From assembly GCA_965153285.1 (NCBI GenBank), contig OZ229110.1: DNA of 64,000 nucleotides. One strand, written 5' to 3'. Position numbers and translations under genes: made by a program. Below the pieces are notes generated by a model that saw only the letters and a list, made by a program, of their open reading frames with translations, ran no database searches and was not told where the DNA came from. Source of the stretch: Podarcis tiliguerta. Its lineage: Eukaryota. Every line of letters starts with the position of its first letter. Within the stretch, counting starts at the first letter, position 1. Below are positions 60,751 through 64,000 of the stretch, piece after piece.

Positions 60751-61898
60751 ATAATGATAATGATGATTTTTTTGTTTATACCCCACCCATCTGGCTGGGT
60801 TTCCCCACCCATTCTGGGCAGCTAAAACCATAATAAAAAGGACCAATCCTTAAACACGTCTCTAAACAGGGCTGCCTTCAGATGTCTTCTAGAAGTCAGA
60901 TAGTTGTTTATTTCCTTGACATCTGAAGGGAGGGCGTTCCACAAGGAGGGTGCCACTACCGAGAAGGTTCTCTGTAACCTCACTTCTCACAGTGAGTAAA
61001 CCAGCAGAAGATCCTCAGAGGAGGACCTCAGTGTCTGGGCTGAGCAATGGGGGTGGAGACGCTCCTTCAGGTATACTGGGCTGAGGTCATTTAGGGCTTT
61101 AAAGGTCAGCACCAACAATTTGAATCGATGCTCAGAAACATACTGGGAACCAATGAAGATCTCTCAGGACTGGCGTTATATGGTCCCGGCGGCCGCTCCC
61201 AGTCACCAGCCTAGCTGCCGCATTCTGGATTAGTTGTAATTTCTGAGTCACCTTCAAAGGTAGCCCCACATAGAGCACACTGCAGTAGTCCAAGCAGGAG
61301 ATAACCAGGGCATGCGCCCTGGCAAGACAATCCGTAGGCAGGTAGGGTCTCAGCCTGTGTACCAGATGCAGCTGGTAAACAGCTGCCCTGGATACATTTT
61401 GACCCATGCCTCCATGGAGAGCTGTAAGTCCAAAATGACTCCCAGGCTGTGAACTCGGTCTTTCAGGGGCACGGTTACCCCATTTAGGACGAGGGAGTCC
61501 CCCACACCCACCCGCCCCCTGTCCCCCAAGAACAGTACTTCTGTCTTGTCAGGTTTCAACCTCAATCTGTTAGCCGCCATCCAACTGTCAACCACATCCA
61601 GACACTCACACAGGACTTTCACTGCCCTCACTGGTTCTGATTTGAAGGAGAGATAGTGCTGGGTATCATCTGCATACTGGTGGACATCCAGCCCAAACCC
61701 CCTGATGATCTCTCCCAGCGGCTTCATATAGATGTTAAAAAGCATGGGGGAGAGGATGGAGCCCTGAGGCACTCCACAAGTGAGAGCCATGGGGTCCAAG
61801 CACTCTTCCTCCAACACCACTTTCTGGACACGGACCAGGAGGAAGGAGCAGAACCACTGCATCAGTGCCCCCAGCTCCCAACTCCTCTAGATGGTCCA
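60751..61898 (-). mobile_element. 5'-truncated L2 LINE with degenerate reverse transcriptase
   Basis: RT motifs GVPQGSILSPMLFNIYM and YADDTQ; C-terminal LDYCSVLYVGLP...LQLIQNAAARLV...HITPVLRDLHW split by a frameshift; L2 3' tail at left. Confidence 0.93.
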
Positions 61899-62773
61899 TT
61901 AGCTTTGGCATGCTAAAAAACATATGACAACCCATCCAGACAACCAACACTATTTTCTCCCTCTCCTTTCCCTCATGCTTGAAGAGGGAAGTGTGGAAAT
62001 GTAAAAGTAAATCAATCCTTATGTGTCGTTTTCCAAAAATGGAAGACTTCATGTGGCATCCACTCAATGTCTCTGTATATACTTTTAAACATTAATAGTG
62101 TACAATGATGCTGCCATACCAGAGCTTTCCAACTCAGTTTTAAACCAGACCTCCTCCTTCTTTTTTGGTGTACCCTCAATGTCAGCAGATATCTAATTTG
62201 TATCTCTTAAAACAAATTAGCAAATTAGATATTGCTGGGAATAGACACTGAGCAGCAATAGCTGCTTGTATCTTCTAACATCTAGCCAGACCCTCACTTT
62301 TCTTCTTCCCGAGTTCAGGGAGCAGGGTTGAGAATGCAATGTGAGGTTACAGAGGGTGAAATGCAGATGCGAGACATCAGAAGTGGGAAGAGGGAGGGGA
62401 GGAAGAAAATATCTTCAAGGAATTGCATCATTTTGCTGAATATATGAAGCAGGTGAAACTTGGGGTGACAGAGAGAACACATCCATCCTTGAGACAGTAT
62501 TATGTTGAAGTTGCTGGGTAACTGGGAGGGGGGGAAAGAGTTTAAGGTAAACATTTATAAAGAAAATACAACATTTTGATTACAGGTCAATGGTTCTCTC
62601 ATACGATATATACACACCACTATAAATCCTTAATCTGCCAAACAGGTTTCTACAAAGTCTTCCACAGTGGCATATTAAAAACATATTACAATCCTAGGGA
62701 AAATAAATAAAACAAAGTAAACACAAAATTGAGATTTTTTTGTTGTTTTTATTTATTTTTGCAGAATTGCAAA

Positions 62774-62818
62774 AATATGGCCCTGAGGAAGACTCTGTTG
62801 AAATACATTTGGCATATT
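62774..62818 (+). other. Decayed minimal type I hammerhead ribozyme motif (Penelope-like origin)
   Basis: aatatggcc-CTGAGGA-A-gac-tct-gtt-GAAA-taca-TT-t-ggcatatt: both core boxes, a short stem II and a closing stem I. Confidence 0.5.
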
Positions 62819-64000
62819 AAAGATTTATAGCTGTTTATTTATATGGGGGAGGGGGGAGATTGATTGAACTGCAATTTTTGAAAATGAACTCTTTATACAT
62901 TTTCACCTTCACTCCATTCCCCCCCCCCCCCCCCCCAGTTATCTGGTTCTTGTTAAGGACAATATTAATCCCAGTTTGTTTTTACATTGAAGTTACTGAG
63001 ACCTTAGCTGAGCTTGGGGCGGGGGGGGATAGGGCAACAAAGTGAAATTGGTGGCATCCAAAAGGTTAGCAGGCAGGGGTTCAGAAAATACCCTAGGAAT
63101 ATTTGTGCAGGTTGGGAAGAGCAACGAAACCTCCCTCAGACAGTCTGAGGGACATGTGTGTATGATACCCAAGCACCTGGGTGAAACTGCCACACTACCA
63201 TCATCATTCAAAACAACCTCTGCCAACCTGGTGCCCACAGCTCACATCAGCCCCAGGATGGCAGAGGCTGATCTGAAAGATGGAAGAAACCCACATTTTT
63301 ACAATCAGCAAGAGCCATGGGGAATGTTGCTCATGGCATCGCCTGCCTCAGATGGCCTGGCAAGCAATTGTAACTGGAAGCTTCCCTCTCATCTAACACT
63401 TATCCTTATCCCTATGTCCTCATGCCGCATGCCTGGAAAGTCACTAAGTCACCCCTCAGAGAAAGTGACAGGAGCCCATGGGGCTCTTTGACATCCCCCA
63501 CCCCACCCCACACACTCAATATCCAAAGCATCTTCTCCAGCACTTTAGCCTGTTGACCTTGTCAATTATTCCCTTGGCCTCGTGACCTCCAGCCCCCTAG
63601 GGAAAAGGTATCTAAGCCAAAGAGCTTTCCATGGGGAAATTCAATCACAAAAGTAGGAATGGAGAGGGGGGGGGAGAGAATATAACTGCCACGGCCTTAA
63701 ACAGTCCCATCCAAAATTGTTCCAAGTCTCAGGCTGGGTACAGGCCTGGGCTTGAGTGCTGACAAGCAGCACCAGAATATCGTAAGTGAAAGACAGCAAA
63801 ATTCTTGAAGAGGAGGATTAGCTAAGGGCTCAGCCATACTTTTGTTTACCCCACCTCTTTCCCCCTGGAAAACTAGCAACTTAGCACTGAACTAGAGCAA
63901 ATGGCATCTGTGTTTTCTGCAGATGGCCATTTGCTCCAATTTAGCACTTAAGAGTGAGTTTTCCAGGGGGAAGAGGTAGGACAAAGGCAAAACCACTTGG

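Noticed and set aside
61132-61862. Reverse transcriptase ORFs as an active or domesticated gene
   Set aside because: 5'-truncated, frameshifted L2 copy lacking the endonuclease and the N-terminal RT.
1-64000. Several hundred ORFs of 60-170 aa in the supplied track
   Set aside because: Apart from L1, L2 and BovB remnants they show no recognisable domains, overlap on both strands and are what intronic DNA yields by chance.

Overview
This is vertebrate genomic DNA, almost certainly a squamate and probably a lacertid lizard, inferred from its Sauria SINEs, a BovB 3' end and lizard-type L2/CR1/MITE families. It is not prokaryotic: there are no operons, CRISPR arrays, rRNA genes or real tRNA genes, and nearly all six-frame ORFs are spurious or TE-derived. 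The window lies mostly inside the 5' introns of tensin 1 (TNS1) on the minus strand. Two small coding exons are recognisable (45617-45731, 115 nt; 24037-24074, 38 nt). They splice in frame to [51 protein letters not shown], the N-terminal C1 zinc finger of the long TNS1 isoform. The first exon and the downstream exons were not identified, and a 200-N assembly gap sits about 250 bp past the 38-nt exon. The rest is intron densely populated by SINEs, LINE fragments (L1, L2, CR1, RTE/BovB, Penelope-like) and DNA-transposon MITEs, many with readable TSDs and nested inside one another. I see no clearly novel protein-coding system. The best second-look items are: decayed Penelope-type hammerhead ribozyme motifs; an inverted Sauria SINE pair bracketing the 115-nt exon; two different SINEs inserted at the same site of one MITE family; a multi-level nested element containing a bipartite non-autonomous RTE; a candidate TATA-containing internal TNS1 promoter; and a candidate poison micro-exon. 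Family names come from recognising the sequence, not from a database search.
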